Source: Longimicrobiales bacterium (GTDB lineage Bacteria > Gemmatimonadota > Gemmatimonadetes > Longimicrobiales > Gaopeijiaceae). From it: a DNA stretch of 64,000 nucleotides. Within the stretch, counting starts at the first letter, position 1; every line of letters begins with the position of its first letter. Location: NCBI GenBank assembly GCA_035464715.1, contig DATHRY010000059.1, positions 1,823-65,822 of the forward strand, in the 5' to 3' direction. Position numbers and translations under genes: made by a program. Positions 38,418 to 47,493 of the stretch are shown piece after piece. The notes under the pieces are model-generated. The model was given only the letters and a program-made list of their open reading frames with translations, was not told the origin of the DNA and did no database searches.

Positions 38418-39355
38418 GCCCGTCGCTCGTGTCGGATCATCCAGGCCAGGTAGGCCGCCACCACGAGGCCGAACGCCAGGAAGAGGCCCGAGAAGACGAA
38501 ACCGGGCGCCGGCATGGGCGGGGGTCCCCCCGACCCCGGACCCGACGCGTCCCCGGCCAGGACGGACCCCACGGCCGGCGCCGGCAGGCCCTCGACCCGG
38601 GCGCGGACCAGGGCCGGCAGGACCGCGAGGCTCGAGCCCCACCATTCCGCCGCGTCCGCCCGGGACCCCGGGGGCTCGGCCCGGAGGCCGGCGGGAAACG
38701 CGGCGGCGAGGCGGACCGGCCCGTTGAACCCCACCCGGACCCGGACGCGGTCCGGGGCGCCGTCCTCCGGCGCCCAGGGAACGAGGACCCAGGGCAGAGC
38801 GAGCTCTCCCGCCCCATCTCCCGCCCCCGGGGCCGCCCGCAGCGCCTCCGGGACGCCGTAGGCGAGCCGCAGGGCGACCACCTCCCCCACCCCGGAGGCC
38901 AGCTGGACGCGGCCCTCCCAGAACCCCGGCCGGGTCTCCACGAGGTCCACGGGGACCGGTGCCCCACCGTTCACCGTCGCCGTCACGTCCCCGGGGACGG
39001 CTCCGAAGGCCAGGGCCTGCACCGGAAGCGACGCGTGCCCGCCGACCCCTCCCAGCTCCAGCACGACCTCGACGCGCGCCGCTCCACCCGTCCCGAGCCG
39101 GGCCGTGAGCTCGGCCCCGAGGAGCCACCCCGGAGGCGGCTCCTCGGGAGCCTGGGGACGGGGCCTGTCGGGCCGTGTCCCGTCGACCGGCCGGGCCCGT
39201 GGCCCGGAGGTCGGGAGGGGAACACCGGACGCCTCCGCCGGAGGGGACCGCGGAACGAGGAGGACGTCCCGTCCCGGGGCCCCCGCCCCACTCGCTCCAG
39301 ACGAAAGAGACACCGCGAGGCCGAGCAGGAGGAGGCGCCGAGGGCCGGGTCTCAT
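38414..39355 (-). CDS. Exported hypothetical protein with a C-terminal membrane anchor
   Basis: Signal peptide RRLLLLGLAVSLSSGASGA, a Pro-rich linker, a beta-rich body, and a C-terminal TM FVFSGLFLAFGLVVAAYLAWMI. ATGA overlaps at both ends. Confidence 0.55.
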   Translation of the reverse strand: MRPGPRRLLLLGLAVSLSSGASGAGAPGRDVLLVPRSPPAEASGVPLPTSGPRARPVDGTRPDRPRPQAPEEPPPGWLLGAELTARLGTGGAARVEVVLELGGVGGHASLPVQALAFGAVPGDVTATVNGGAPVPVDLVETRPGFWEGRVQLASGVGEVVALRLAYGVPEALRAAPGAGDGAGELALPWVLVPWAPEDGAPDRVRVRVGFNGPVRLAAAFPAGLRAEPPGSRADAAEWWGSSLAVLPALVRARVEGLPAPAVGSVLAGDASGPGSGGPPPMPAPGFVFSGLFLAFGLVVAAYLAWMIRHERRA

Positions 39356-40560
39356 CCCCAGACTTGGGTCAGGACCCTCAAGACGTTCCCTCCCATGACT
39401 TTGCCGATGTCGTCATCGGAGTACCCCTCACGCACCAGCCACCGGAGGATATTGTGCCCCGCCTCGGTGGGATTCTCCAGACCCTGGACCCACTCCACGG
39501 GCTCGTATCCGGGGGTCCCACCCCCTCGGGACTCCTTCAGGGACAGGTTCCCTGCGTAGAGCCGGTGGAGGCCCACGTGGTCTCCGTAGACGGTGTCGGG
39601 CCCGAAGCCCACGTGATCGATCCCCACCAGGCTCCGGATGTACTCGAAGTGCTCCATGAAGGCCTCGATCCCGTGGCGCCGGTGGGTCGGGGTCAGCGTG
39701 GTGTGGGGTGCGGCTTCCACCCCGATCACCCCGCCGGAGGCTGCGCAGGCCTCCAGCACCTCGTCCGGAGCCAGGCGGTTCGAGTCCCACAGGGCACGGG
39801 CCCCGATGTGGGAAAGGACCACCGGATGCTCACTGCAGGCGATGGTGTCCAGGGTGGTCCGATCCCCGCAGTGGGAGCAGTCGATGAGCATCCCCACCCG
39901 GTTCATCCGGGCGACGGCCTTCCGTCCCAGAACGGTCAGGCCTCCGTCCGAGGGCTCCTTGAGCCCCGACCCCAGGGCGTTGGCCTCGGAGTACGTGATG
40001 CCCAGGGCCCGGACGCCGAATCCGTAGAGGAGATCGATGCGGTCGACGTCGTTCTCGATCATGGCCGCCCCCTCCATGGAGGCGATCCACGCCACGCGCC
40101 CCTCCCGGTGGGCCCGGTGCAGGTCGTCCACCCTCCGGGCGTGGACCACGAAGTCCTGGTGGGCGAGGTCGCACAGTCGCATGCCCAGGTCGTGGAGGAC
40201 GTCGTCCCACTGCCAGCCCGTGCGCGAGCGGATCGTGCAGATCCCGTCCAGGAGGTTGTCGAAGACCGCGTCCCAGACCCCCCGGGACAGCCCGTCGAAG
40301 GCCGTGGCCATGCGCCCCTCCCCGACGTAGGCCCGGGTCTCGGTGATGTCCGCCGGAAAGACGCCGGCGTGCTCGTGCATCGAGATCAGGACGCGATCCC
40401 GACGAATGGCCTCGACCCGCGCTTCCTGCTCCGGGGTCAGGGGAAGCGTCCACTCCTCGACCCGGCCCACCTCCCGGGCCAGCTCGAAGGCCCGGTAGTC
40501 CTCGTCGGGGGTCAGGTACTGGAAGGACGTGTATGCGGAGCGGGCCGTGGGGTCGGGCAT
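39352..40560 (-). CDS. Membrane dipeptidase (peptidase M19 family)
   Basis: LISMHEHAG, SMEGAAMIEND, GVRALGITYSEANALG, GMLIDCSHCGD, VLSHIGARAL, IDHVGFGPD. ATG at 40560. Confidence 0.8.
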   Translation of the reverse strand: MPDPTARSAYTSFQYLTPDEDYRAFELAREVGRVEEWTLPLTPEQEARVEAIRRDRVLISMHEHAGVFPADITETRAYVGEGRMATAFDGLSRGVWDAVFDNLLDGICTIRSRTGWQWDDVLHDLGMRLCDLAHQDFVVHARRVDDLHRAHREGRVAWIASMEGAAMIENDVDRIDLLYGFGVRALGITYSEANALGSGLKEPSDGGLTVLGRKAVARMNRVGMLIDCSHCGDRTTLDTIACSEHPVVLSHIGARALWDSNRLAPDEVLEACAASGGVIGVEAAPHTTLTPTHRRHGIEAFMEHFEYIRSLVGIDHVGFGPDTVYGDHVGLHRLYAGNLSLKESRGGGTPGYEPVEWVQGLENPTEAGHNILRWLVREGYSDDDIGKVMGGNVLRVLTQVWG

Positions 40561-40630
40561 GGGCGGTCGGGGTCCAGGGCGGATGTGGAGCGGCGCGACG
40601 GCAAATGGAAGGTTCCCGGACCGGGGGCGC

Positions 40631-40679
40631 AACGAGAAAGGGGCGGCCCCCCGCCCTGCCGAGGAAGGGAGGCCGCCCC
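40631..40679 (-). terminator. Hairpin plus T-rich tail downstream of the lipoprotein gene
   Basis: Perfect 9-bp inverted repeat GGGGCGGCC (40640-40648) / GGCCGCCCC (40671-40679). On the minus strand it is followed by TTTCTCGTT. Confidence 0.4.
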
Positions 40680-40737
40680 TGCGACGTTCGACGGCGGCGG
40701 CCCTGCCGGACCGGCGACCGCCCCTACCGCCCGCGGC

Positions 40738-41085
40738 TCAGCTCATGCACGCCTCGATGGACAGCCCGAGCTCATCGGCCACGAACCTGCCGAGGGCCGC
40801 CATCGTGTCGTCTTCGATCACACCGAGCTCGTACAGCAGACGGGCGAGGTTCCGCAGCCCGGCCCGCGGGTTCGACTGGTCGCTGGAGTGCTGTCCCATC
40901 TCGCCCATCTGCGCGAACACCTTGCTGGCCTGTCCCCAGCACGCGTTGGATGTCGTGGCCGCCTCGGCGCGGAGCTCGGACGAGATATCCGCCGACGTAT
41001 CCGGGGCGACCGGGTCCGCCCCGACGCAGGACGCGGACAGGAGCCCTAAGGTGAGGGCCAGGGCCAGGGTGGGAATGCGGCGCAT
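40738..41085 (-). CDS. Small exported, possibly lipidated, hypothetical protein
   Basis: Signal peptide MRRIPTLALALTLGLLSASC with a weak lipobox, then a 90-aa helical body. Confidence 0.5.
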   Translation of the reverse strand: MRRIPTLALALTLGLLSASCVGADPVAPDTSADISSELRAEAATTSNACWGQASKVFAQMGEMGQHSSDQSNPRAGLRNLARLLYELGVIEDDTMAALGRFVADELGLSIEACMS

Positions 41086-41274
41086 CGGAACCTCCATCAT
41101 GGGGAAAGAGACACACATGCGTACGGTCGCATCCTACGAGCCAGGGCTCGGCAATGCCACAGAGGCCCGCCGCCGGCGGCTCACACTCCCCTGGTGCGCC
41201 CCTCCCCTTCCTCACCACCACCCCCTTCTCCCCCGCCGTCCGAGAGGCGGCGCCGGAGCGAAACGATCGGGCCG

Positions 41275-41676
41275 TCAGTCCGAGGCGGCCAACAGGCCGC
41301 ACCCGACCCACGCGGCGTGGGCGTGATCCCCGTCGCCGCCCAGGAGATCGTGGAGCATCTCGTGCTTCACCACGAACTCGTCGAGGCGGGAATCGCTGCG
41401 CAGGGTGATGTCGTGGGGGGAGTTCCAACGAGCCCGCAGGTCCGCGCCCACGGCGAAGGACTCGATCTCGAACCAGGACACCCGGTCGAAGTCGGCCAGG
41501 GGGAGGCCGCTGCACTCCACCACACTCCCCCAGTAGAGGGTGAAGACCGGCCGTGGCGGTTCGAACGGAACCCGATCCTGCATGAAGAGGAGGGGATCCT
41601 CGCAGGACGCGAGGAGGATCGCGCCGGCGAGTGCGACGGCCCACCTGACCGAGGCCCGGCTACCGCCGTCGCTCAA
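41275..41676 (-). CDS. Lipoprotein with an HExxH motif
   Basis: Lipobox AILLASC and the zinc-metallopeptidase-like motif KHEMLHDL near the C-terminus. 133 aa. Confidence 0.5.
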   Translation of the reverse strand: MSDGGSRASVRWAVALAGAILLASCEDPLLFMQDRVPFEPPRPVFTLYWGSVVECSGLPLADFDRVSWFEIESFAVGADLRARWNSPHDITLRSDSRLDEFVVKHEMLHDLLGGDGDHAHAAWVGCGLLAASD

Positions 41677-41905
41677 CGCCCCTGGGCAGCAGAAGGTAGC
41701 TCTCGGTCATTCACGTCCACCTCATCCCCACGTCGTGCACGCAGCACGGTCAGGAGACCGATCGTCATCAGAGCCCACTTCGGGTCGGGCATCCCACTCC
41801 TCCGGTGCTGAAGGGGCCGGTGGCGACGCGGGACGATGAGGTGAGGAGACGCGCCGGGCAAGCGAGTCGATCGGCATCCCGCCCGATCGAGCCCCCCTCG
41901 ATGAA

Positions 41906-41981
41906 TGGGCGCTGACGGATTCGAACCGCCGACCCCCTGCTTGTAAGGCAGGTGCTCTGAACCAGGCTGAGCTAAGCGCCC
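41906..41981 (-). tRNA. tRNA-Val (anticodon UAC)
   Basis: The reverse complement folds as a cloverleaf: acceptor GGGCGCU/AGCGCCC, D-arm GCUC-AGCCUGGUUCA-GAGC, anticodon arm CCUGC-CUUACAA-GCAGG, T-arm GGCGG-UUCGAAU-CCGUC, discriminator A. CCA is not encoded. Confidence 0.9.
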
Positions 41982-42071
41982 CGAGAATGCGCCGGGACCG
42001 GGCGCACGACGGAAGGTATCATCGCCCGTCGGGCGGGTCGATGGAGGGTGCGGGCCAAGGCGACCCGGCCC

Positions 42072-43580
42072 TCACCGCCTCCCCCGCTTCGGCGGCCGAC
42101 GCCGCGCTGGCGGCTTCTCCTCGGCCTTCACCGCCGCTTCCCCATGATGCGCCACCAGGGCGTCCGCGTACAGCTCGAGGTACCGCTTCGCGGAGCGCTC
42201 CCAACCGAAGTCCCTCGCCATCGCCCGCCGCATGGCGCGTTCCCAGGACTCCCGCTCGGGAAAGGCGTCGAACGCCCGGCGCAGCGCGACCTCGAGGGCG
42301 TGGGGGGTGAACTCGTCGAAGAGGAAGCCCGTCTCCTGGTCGTCCACGGTGTCGGACAGTCCGCCGACCCGCCGGACCACGGGAAGAGCCCCGTAGCGCT
42401 GCGCCCTCATCTGGGTCAGGCCGCAGGGCTCGTACAGGGACGGCATCAGGAGGATGTCGGCGCCGGCCAGCAGGAGGTGTTCCTTGGGCTCCGAGAAGTC
42501 GAAGAAGACGGCGACCCGGCCGGGGATGTGTCCCGCCACCTCTCGGAGCCGCTGCTCGTAGCCCTTGTCCCCCTCCCCGAGGAAGATGAACTGGCCCGGA
42601 GACGTCCGGTACAGGAGGCCGTCGTCCAGGATCAGGTCGAAGCCCTTCTGTTTCGCGAGCCGGGCGGTCATCCCCACCAGGGGCACGTCGGGATCCACGG
42701 GAAGACCGGCCGCCTCCTGGAGACGCGCCTTGCACACCGCCTTCCCGGAGAGGTCGTCCGCGGTGTACGTGGCCGGAATCTCCTCGTCGGTGCCGGGATC
42801 CCACAGCTCCTGGTCGATGCCGTTGAGGATGCCCACCAGCCGACTGCCCATGGCGATGAAGGGGTCGTGGAGCCCGAATCCGCCGGCGGGGGTCCGGAGC
42901 TCGTGGGCATGGGTGGGGCTCACGGTGGTGACCCAGTCGGCGAAGGAGACCCCGCCCTTGAGCCAGTTCAGCTGGCCGTAGTACTCCATCCGGTCCCACC
43001 GGTAGACCTCCGGCGGCAGCCCGAGGGCGCCGAGGATGTCCGGGGAGTAGAGCCCCTGGTACCCGGCGTTGTGGACCGAGAGGACACAGGCGACGGCGTC
43101 GTAGTAGGGATCACCGGCGTACACCGTCCGCAGATAGACGGGCGCGAGGGCGGCGTGCCAGTCGTGGGGATGGAGGACCACGTGCCCCTCCGGGGCCACC
43201 TCGGGCAGCGCCTCCAGGACCGCCCTCGCGAAGAGGGCATAGCGGAAGGCGTTGTCCGGGTAGTCCCCTCCGCCCTCGCCGTAGATACCGTCCCGGTCGA
43301 AGGCGTCGGGATGATCCACGAACCAGGTGGTGGGCGTTCCCTCCTTGTACTCCGCCTGGAGGATCCGGCACTCCCTGTTCTGCCCCGCCACGGGAACGGT
43401 GACGGAACGGCGGGTCTCCAGGGGTCCCACCACCTCACGGACCCGCCGGTAGAAGGGCATGAAGACGTGGGTGTCGGTCCCATGCGCCGCCTGGTGTGAG
43501 GCGATCCCCCGGACGGCCTCGGCCAGTCCGCCGGTGCGGGCGTAGGGCCAGTACTCCCCGACGAGGTGAACGACCTTCAT
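42072..43580 (-). CDS. glgA: Glycogen (starch) synthase
   Basis: MKVVHLVGEYWPYARTGGLAEAV (KTGGL-type motif), HDWHAAL, MPSLYEPCGLTQM. AGGAGG lies 6 nt upstream of the ATG. Confidence 0.9.
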   Translation of the reverse strand: MKVVHLVGEYWPYARTGGLAEAVRGIASHQAAHGTDTHVFMPFYRRVREVVGPLETRRSVTVPVAGQNRECRILQAEYKEGTPTTWFVDHPDAFDRDGIYGEGGGDYPDNAFRYALFARAVLEALPEVAPEGHVVLHPHDWHAALAPVYLRTVYAGDPYYDAVACVLSVHNAGYQGLYSPDILGALGLPPEVYRWDRMEYYGQLNWLKGGVSFADWVTTVSPTHAHELRTPAGGFGLHDPFIAMGSRLVGILNGIDQELWDPGTDEEIPATYTADDLSGKAVCKARLQEAAGLPVDPDVPLVGMTARLAKQKGFDLILDDGLLYRTSPGQFIFLGEGDKGYEQRLREVAGHIPGRVAVFFDFSEPKEHLLLAGADILLMPSLYEPCGLTQMRAQRYGALPVVRRVGGLSDTVDDQETGFLFDEFTPHALEVALRRAFDAFPERESWERAMRRAMARDFGWERSAKRYLELYADALVAHHGEAAVKAEEKPPARRRPPKRGRR

Positions 43581-43635
43581 GACAGCCTCCTGAGGCGCTG
43601 GCGCGAGGATCGCGCGACGGGTCGGCGATCCGACA

Positions 43636-44859
43636 TCAGCCGGCGACGATGTGCAGATGGGCGGCCACCCGTTCCGCCATGGACCGGGTGGTGGCGAGGT
43701 CGGGATGGCGCACGGTCACCATGCCGTCGCCCACCAGGAGCTTCCGCCAGTCGCGCCTCGGCGCGCCGATGGGGTTCAGGTCCAGGTCGACGAGGTTCGG
43801 CCCCAGCTCCGAGAGAATCCCCTCGAGTCCCTCGTACCGCCGGATCCGCCCCTGCCCCTGCGCCCGCTTGTAGATCCAGGCGGCATTGTACTTCCGATCC
43901 ACGGTCTGGGTGAAGCGGCCGTGGACCACGCACTCGGCCCATCCGGTGTAGGTGTCGATGTCCGAGGCGTAGTTGATCAGGTCCACCAGCCCCGCCCCGG
44001 GGGAGCGGGCGCCGATCTCCCCGAAGACCGCCTCCCCGTCGGGCCTCCGGTACCACTCCATGTGGGTGTAGCCGGTCCGGAACCCCAGCGCCTCCAGGAC
44101 CTGGAAGCCCATGGCCTTGCCGGCAGCCAGCTCCGGCAGGTCCGGGTCCCGGTAGACCAGGGTGATGGGGCTCACCCACTCGTTCTCCCTCATGTACAAG
44201 GCCCGGGGGATGTAGGTGGCGATGCTGTGGTGGACCACCTCGCCGGCCACGCACAGGGTGTCGAAGGTCATGTCGTCTCCTTCGACGAACTCCTCGACGC
44301 TCACCTCGGTCACTTGGCGGAGTGCCGGCAGGATCCGGTCCAGCTCTTCGCGGCTCGTGACCTTGTAGGTGCTCTCCGACCCCGCCCCGGCGATGGGCTT
44401 CACGATGACCGGGTAGCCGATGGTCTCGGCGCCCTCCACGGCCTGGGCCGCCGTAGTGGCGCTGTAGTGGTGCGGGGTCCGGATCCCGGCGGCGTCCAGG
44501 ACCCGCTTCATGACCTCCTTGTCCCGGAACGGCACGGTCTGCTCCACGGTGAGACCCGGCAGCCCCAGGCGCTCCCGGATCCGGGCCGCCAGGATCACGT
44601 AGGGCTCCCACAGGCATTCCACCCGGTCCAGATGGACCCGCTGCGCAAAGTGGGCCACCCGTTCCACGATGCCGGCCTCGTCCTGGAACGAGCCTACGTG
44701 GAGGTAGGCCGAGAGGCTCTCCCGGGCCGCGGGAGGGAGGTGGTCCTCGGGCTGGTCCCCCAGCCCCACCACCCGGGCCCCTTCCCGGGCCAGGCCCCGG
44801 GTGAAGTACTGCATCTCCTTGGGGAACCCCGGCGAGATCATCAGGACGTTCATCGGCAC
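43636..44859 (-). CDS. ATP-grasp ligase, paralogue A
   Basis: FRDKEVMKRVL, YPVIVKPIAGAGS, VEEFVEGDD, THMEWY, EIGARSPG. The start is GTG 44859 or ATG 44853, 1-7 nt after the stop of paralogue B. Confidence 0.8.
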   Translation of the reverse strand: MPMNVLMISPGFPKEMQYFTRGLAREGARVVGLGDQPEDHLPPAARESLSAYLHVGSFQDEAGIVERVAHFAQRVHLDRVECLWEPYVILAARIRERLGLPGLTVEQTVPFRDKEVMKRVLDAAGIRTPHHYSATTAAQAVEGAETIGYPVIVKPIAGAGSESTYKVTSREELDRILPALRQVTEVSVEEFVEGDDMTFDTLCVAGEVVHHSIATYIPRALYMRENEWVSPITLVYRDPDLPELAAGKAMGFQVLEALGFRTGYTHMEWYRRPDGEAVFGEIGARSPGAGLVDLINYASDIDTYTGWAECVVHGRFTQTVDRKYNAAWIYKRAQGQGRIRRYEGLEGILSELGPNLVDLDLNPIGAPRRDWRKLLVGDGMVTVRHPDLATTRSMAERVAAHLHIVAG

Positions 44860-44860
44860 A

Positions 44861-46081
44861 TCACCCCAACTCGATCCGGACCCGGGTCACGATCTTCCTC
44901 AGGGCATCCTTGACCACCCCGGTCTCGGGATGCCGCACGATCACGTAGCCCTCCCCTTCGTAGCCCCCGGACGGTGTCTGGGCCTCCCGGGGGAGACGGG
45001 CCTCCACCACCAGGGGCCCCAGCTCCCGGGCCACCTCCGCCAGGCCCCGGACCGCCTTGACCCGACCCTGACCCTGCCCTCTCAGGTACGCCGCACCCGC
45101 CGCGAAGGGTCGGGGACGGGGGGTGAACCGCCCATACACCACCGCCTCGGCCCAGGCCCGGAACAGGTCGAAGTCGTGGGCCCAGGAAATGAGGTTCACG
45201 AACCGGGCCCCGGGGGGTCGGGCGGCCACCTCCGAGATGGCCACGCTCCCGTCGGCCCGCCGGAACCACTCCATGTGGGAGAGTCCCGTGGTCATCCCGA
45301 GCGCCTCCAGCGCCCGCCCAGCCACCCCGCGGATCCCCTCGTAGCCGGGGTCGTCCGCCTCCCGGGGGAGGAGGACGCACCACTGGATCCAGGGCTCGCG
45401 GAGCGCTTCCAGGGCGGAGGGGAAGTAGTGGTTGATGGAGTGCCACACCACCCGTCCGTCCAGGGACATGGCGTCGAAGGAGTGTTCGTCGCCCACGACG
45501 AACTCCTCCAGGAGCGTGGGCCGGTCCGGCGACGGGGGCATCTGCGCCAGCAGGCCGTCCAGATCCCCCTCGGACCCGATCCGGAACGTCCCCCGGGACC
45601 CGGACCCCGCAGGGGGCTTGGCGATCACCGGCAGCCCCACCGCCTCGACGAAGGCTCGGGCGTCCTCCGGCGAGCGGACCAGGGCGTGGCGCGCACACGG
45701 GAGGCCGTGGTCCCGGAGGATGTCCTTCATCCGGGACTTGTCCCGGAAGTTCTCCGCCACCTCGGCCCCCATCCCCGGGAGCCCCAGACGGTCACGGACA
45801 CGTCCCAGGGGCACCTGCAGCTCCTCGAACGTCCCCAGGAGGAGGTCCACCGCCGGGCCCCGTCGTCCGAGCTCCTCCACCGCGCCCTGAAGAATCCCGG
45901 GGTCCAGGGCGTCGCCCACCCGAACGAACTCCGCCAACCCGGCCCGCAGTTCGCTGGGGAGCCGGTCCGGGGGATCCTGGCTGACCAGGGACAGCCGCGT
46001 CGCCTCGAGTCGGGCCAACGCCGCCATGAAGCGCAGCGTGGTCTCGGCGAAGAACGGGGCCACGAACGCGACGTGGGGCAT
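44861..46081 (-). CDS. ATP-grasp ligase, paralogue B
   Basis: FRDKSRMKDIL, LPVIAKPPAGSGS, LEEFVVGDE, SHMEWF, EVAARPPG. Internal ATG at 46081 of the ORF 44861-46186. Confidence 0.8.
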   Translation of the reverse strand: MPHVAFVAPFFAETTLRFMAALARLEATRLSLVSQDPPDRLPSELRAGLAEFVRVGDALDPGILQGAVEELGRRGPAVDLLLGTFEELQVPLGRVRDRLGLPGMGAEVAENFRDKSRMKDILRDHGLPCARHALVRSPEDARAFVEAVGLPVIAKPPAGSGSRGTFRIGSEGDLDGLLAQMPPSPDRPTLLEEFVVGDEHSFDAMSLDGRVVWHSINHYFPSALEALREPWIQWCVLLPREADDPGYEGIRGVAGRALEALGMTTGLSHMEWFRRADGSVAISEVAARPPGARFVNLISWAHDFDLFRAWAEAVVYGRFTPRPRPFAAGAAYLRGQGQGRVKAVRGLAEVARELGPLVVEARLPREAQTPSGGYEGEGYVIVRHPETGVVKDALRKIVTRVRIELG

Positions 46082-46188
46082 GGTCGGGAGGCCGGGCCGG
46101 CCGCCGCCGGCGTGGACAGGGTGAGGGAGGACGTCGGGAGCTGGACGGCGGGAAAGGTATCCGCCGAACCGCCGCCACGGTACCATCA

Positions 46189-46247
46189 GGGCCCGTCCGC
46201 CCCTTATGTTGTGCCCGTTTCCCCTCCGCTCTCCCCGGACGGGGCCC
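46189..46247 (+). promoter_or_regulatory. Inverted repeat in the leader/promoter of ATP-grasp paralogue C
   Basis: GGGCCCGTCCG (46189-46199) and CGGACGGGGCCC (46236-46247) flank a 36-nt relatively AT-richer spacer. The repeat ends 22 nt before the ATG at 46270. Confidence 0.3.
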
Positions 46248-46269
46248 TCGTCCTCCAGCGCCCGGCCCC

Positions 46270-47493
46270 ATGCACGTCGTCTTCGTGGAACCCTGCTTCC
46301 CGGCGAACCAGAAGGAGTTCGTCCGTGGCCTGGCCCAGTCGGGGGCCACCGTCTCAGCCGTGGGCGAGCGTCCGCGGGAGGCCCTGGACGACGACCTGCG
46401 GCGCTGGATCCTCCACTACGAGCAGATCCCCACGGTGGTGGACGCGGACGCCCTGGCCCGCACCGTGTCGTGGTTGAACGACCGCCTCCGGGTGGATCGG
46501 CTCGAGACCACCGTGGAGGCCCACGTCCTGCCGGCGGCCCAGGTGCGCGAGGCGCTGGGCATCGCGGGCACGTCGGTGCGCACCGCCTTCCTGTGCCGCG
46601 ACAAGCCCGCCATGAAGGAGGTCCTCCGGGAGGGCGGAGTGGCGACGGCCGCGTCCATGGGCGGAAACGACCCGGAAGCCATCTTCGCGTTCGCTCACCA
46701 GACGGGCTACCCGCTGATCGTGAAGCCCCGGGCGGCGGCAGGGGCCTCGGGGACGGAGCGTGTGACCTCCGACGACGAGCTCCGGGGCGCGCTGGAGCGG
46801 GCCGGCGTGTTCCAGGGTGCCGAGGTGGCCTTGGAGGAGTTCGTGGAGGGGCACGAGGCCTTCTACGACACCATCACGATCAACGGCAGCGTGGCCCACG
46901 AGTTCATCACCCACTACTACCCGAACGTCCTCGAGGCCATGCGCACCCGGTGGATCTCGCCCCAGTTCATCACCACCAACCGGATCGAGAGCGCCCCGGA
47001 CTACCAGGCGGTCCTGGAGCTGGGGCGACGGGTGAACCAGCTCGTGGAGATCGAGACGTCCGCGACCCACATGGAGTGGTTCTTCGGCCCGAAGGGCCTG
47101 CGGTTCTCCGAGGTGGGGTGTCGGCCTCCCGGGGTCCGTGCGTGGGACCTCTACGCCGCCGGGAACGACCTGGACATCTACCAGGAGTGGGGCATGGCGG
47201 TGGTCCACGGCCGGACCTTGCGAAAGGCGTCCCGCCGCTTCTCCGCGGGGATCATCGCCCTGCGGCCCGACCAGGACGGCGTCATCGCCGGGTACGACGG
47301 GGTCGGCGAGATCCAGGAGCGGTTCGGCGAATGGATCCTGGACGCCCACCTGCCGCCGGAGGGCACGCCGACCCAGCCGGTGGAAGCGGGATACATGGCC
47401 AACGCCTGGGTCCGCATGCGGCATCCCGATTTCGATCACCTCCGCTTCATGCTGGACACGGTGGGCGAGGTGATGCAGGTGCGGGCCCGGTGA
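46270..47493 (+). CDS. ATP-grasp ligase, paralogue C
   Basis: CRDKPAMKEVL, YPLIVKPRAAAGAS, LEEFVEGHE, THMEWF, EVGCRPPG. Same length (407 aa) as A and B. Confidence 0.8.
   Translation: MHVVFVEPCFPANQKEFVRGLAQSGATVSAVGERPREALDDDLRRWILHYEQIPTVVDADALARTVSWLNDRLRVDRLETTVEAHVLPAAQVREALGIAGTSVRTAFLCRDKPAMKEVLREGGVATAASMGGNDPEAIFAFAHQTGYPLIVKPRAAAGASGTERVTSDDELRGALERAGVFQGAEVALEEFVEGHEAFYDTITINGSVAHEFITHYYPNVLEAMRTRWISPQFITTNRIESAPDYQAVLELGRRVNQLVEIETSATHMEWFFGPKGLRFSEVGCRPPGVRAWDLYAAGNDLDIYQEWGMAVVHGRTLRKASRRFSAGIIALRPDQDGVIAGYDGVGEIQERFGEWILDAHLPPEGTPTQPVEAGYMANAWVRMRHPDFDHLRFMLDTVGEVMQVRAR

Noticed and set aside
36991-39128. Long N-terminal extensions of ORFs 35191-38391 (1066 aa) and 36987-39128 (713 aa).
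   Set aside because: The extensions run out of frame through the neighbouring real genes and translate to Arg/Gly/Pro junk. Internal ATGs give proper N-terminal TM helices and ATGA coupling.
41673-41861. A 62-aa ORF between the HExxH lipoprotein gene and tRNA-Val.
   Set aside because: It has no RBS, overlaps the lipoprotein start region, and has non-coding-like composition.
43636-47493. Calling the ATP-grasp paralogues cyanophycin synthetase, D-Ala-D-Ala ligase, or RiPP (graspetide) macrocyclases.
   Set aside because: At ~407 aa each, they lack a Mur-ligase half. The Ddl-specific motifs are not evident. No short precursor-peptide ORF is visible in the cluster. The calls are left as generic ATP-grasp ligases.
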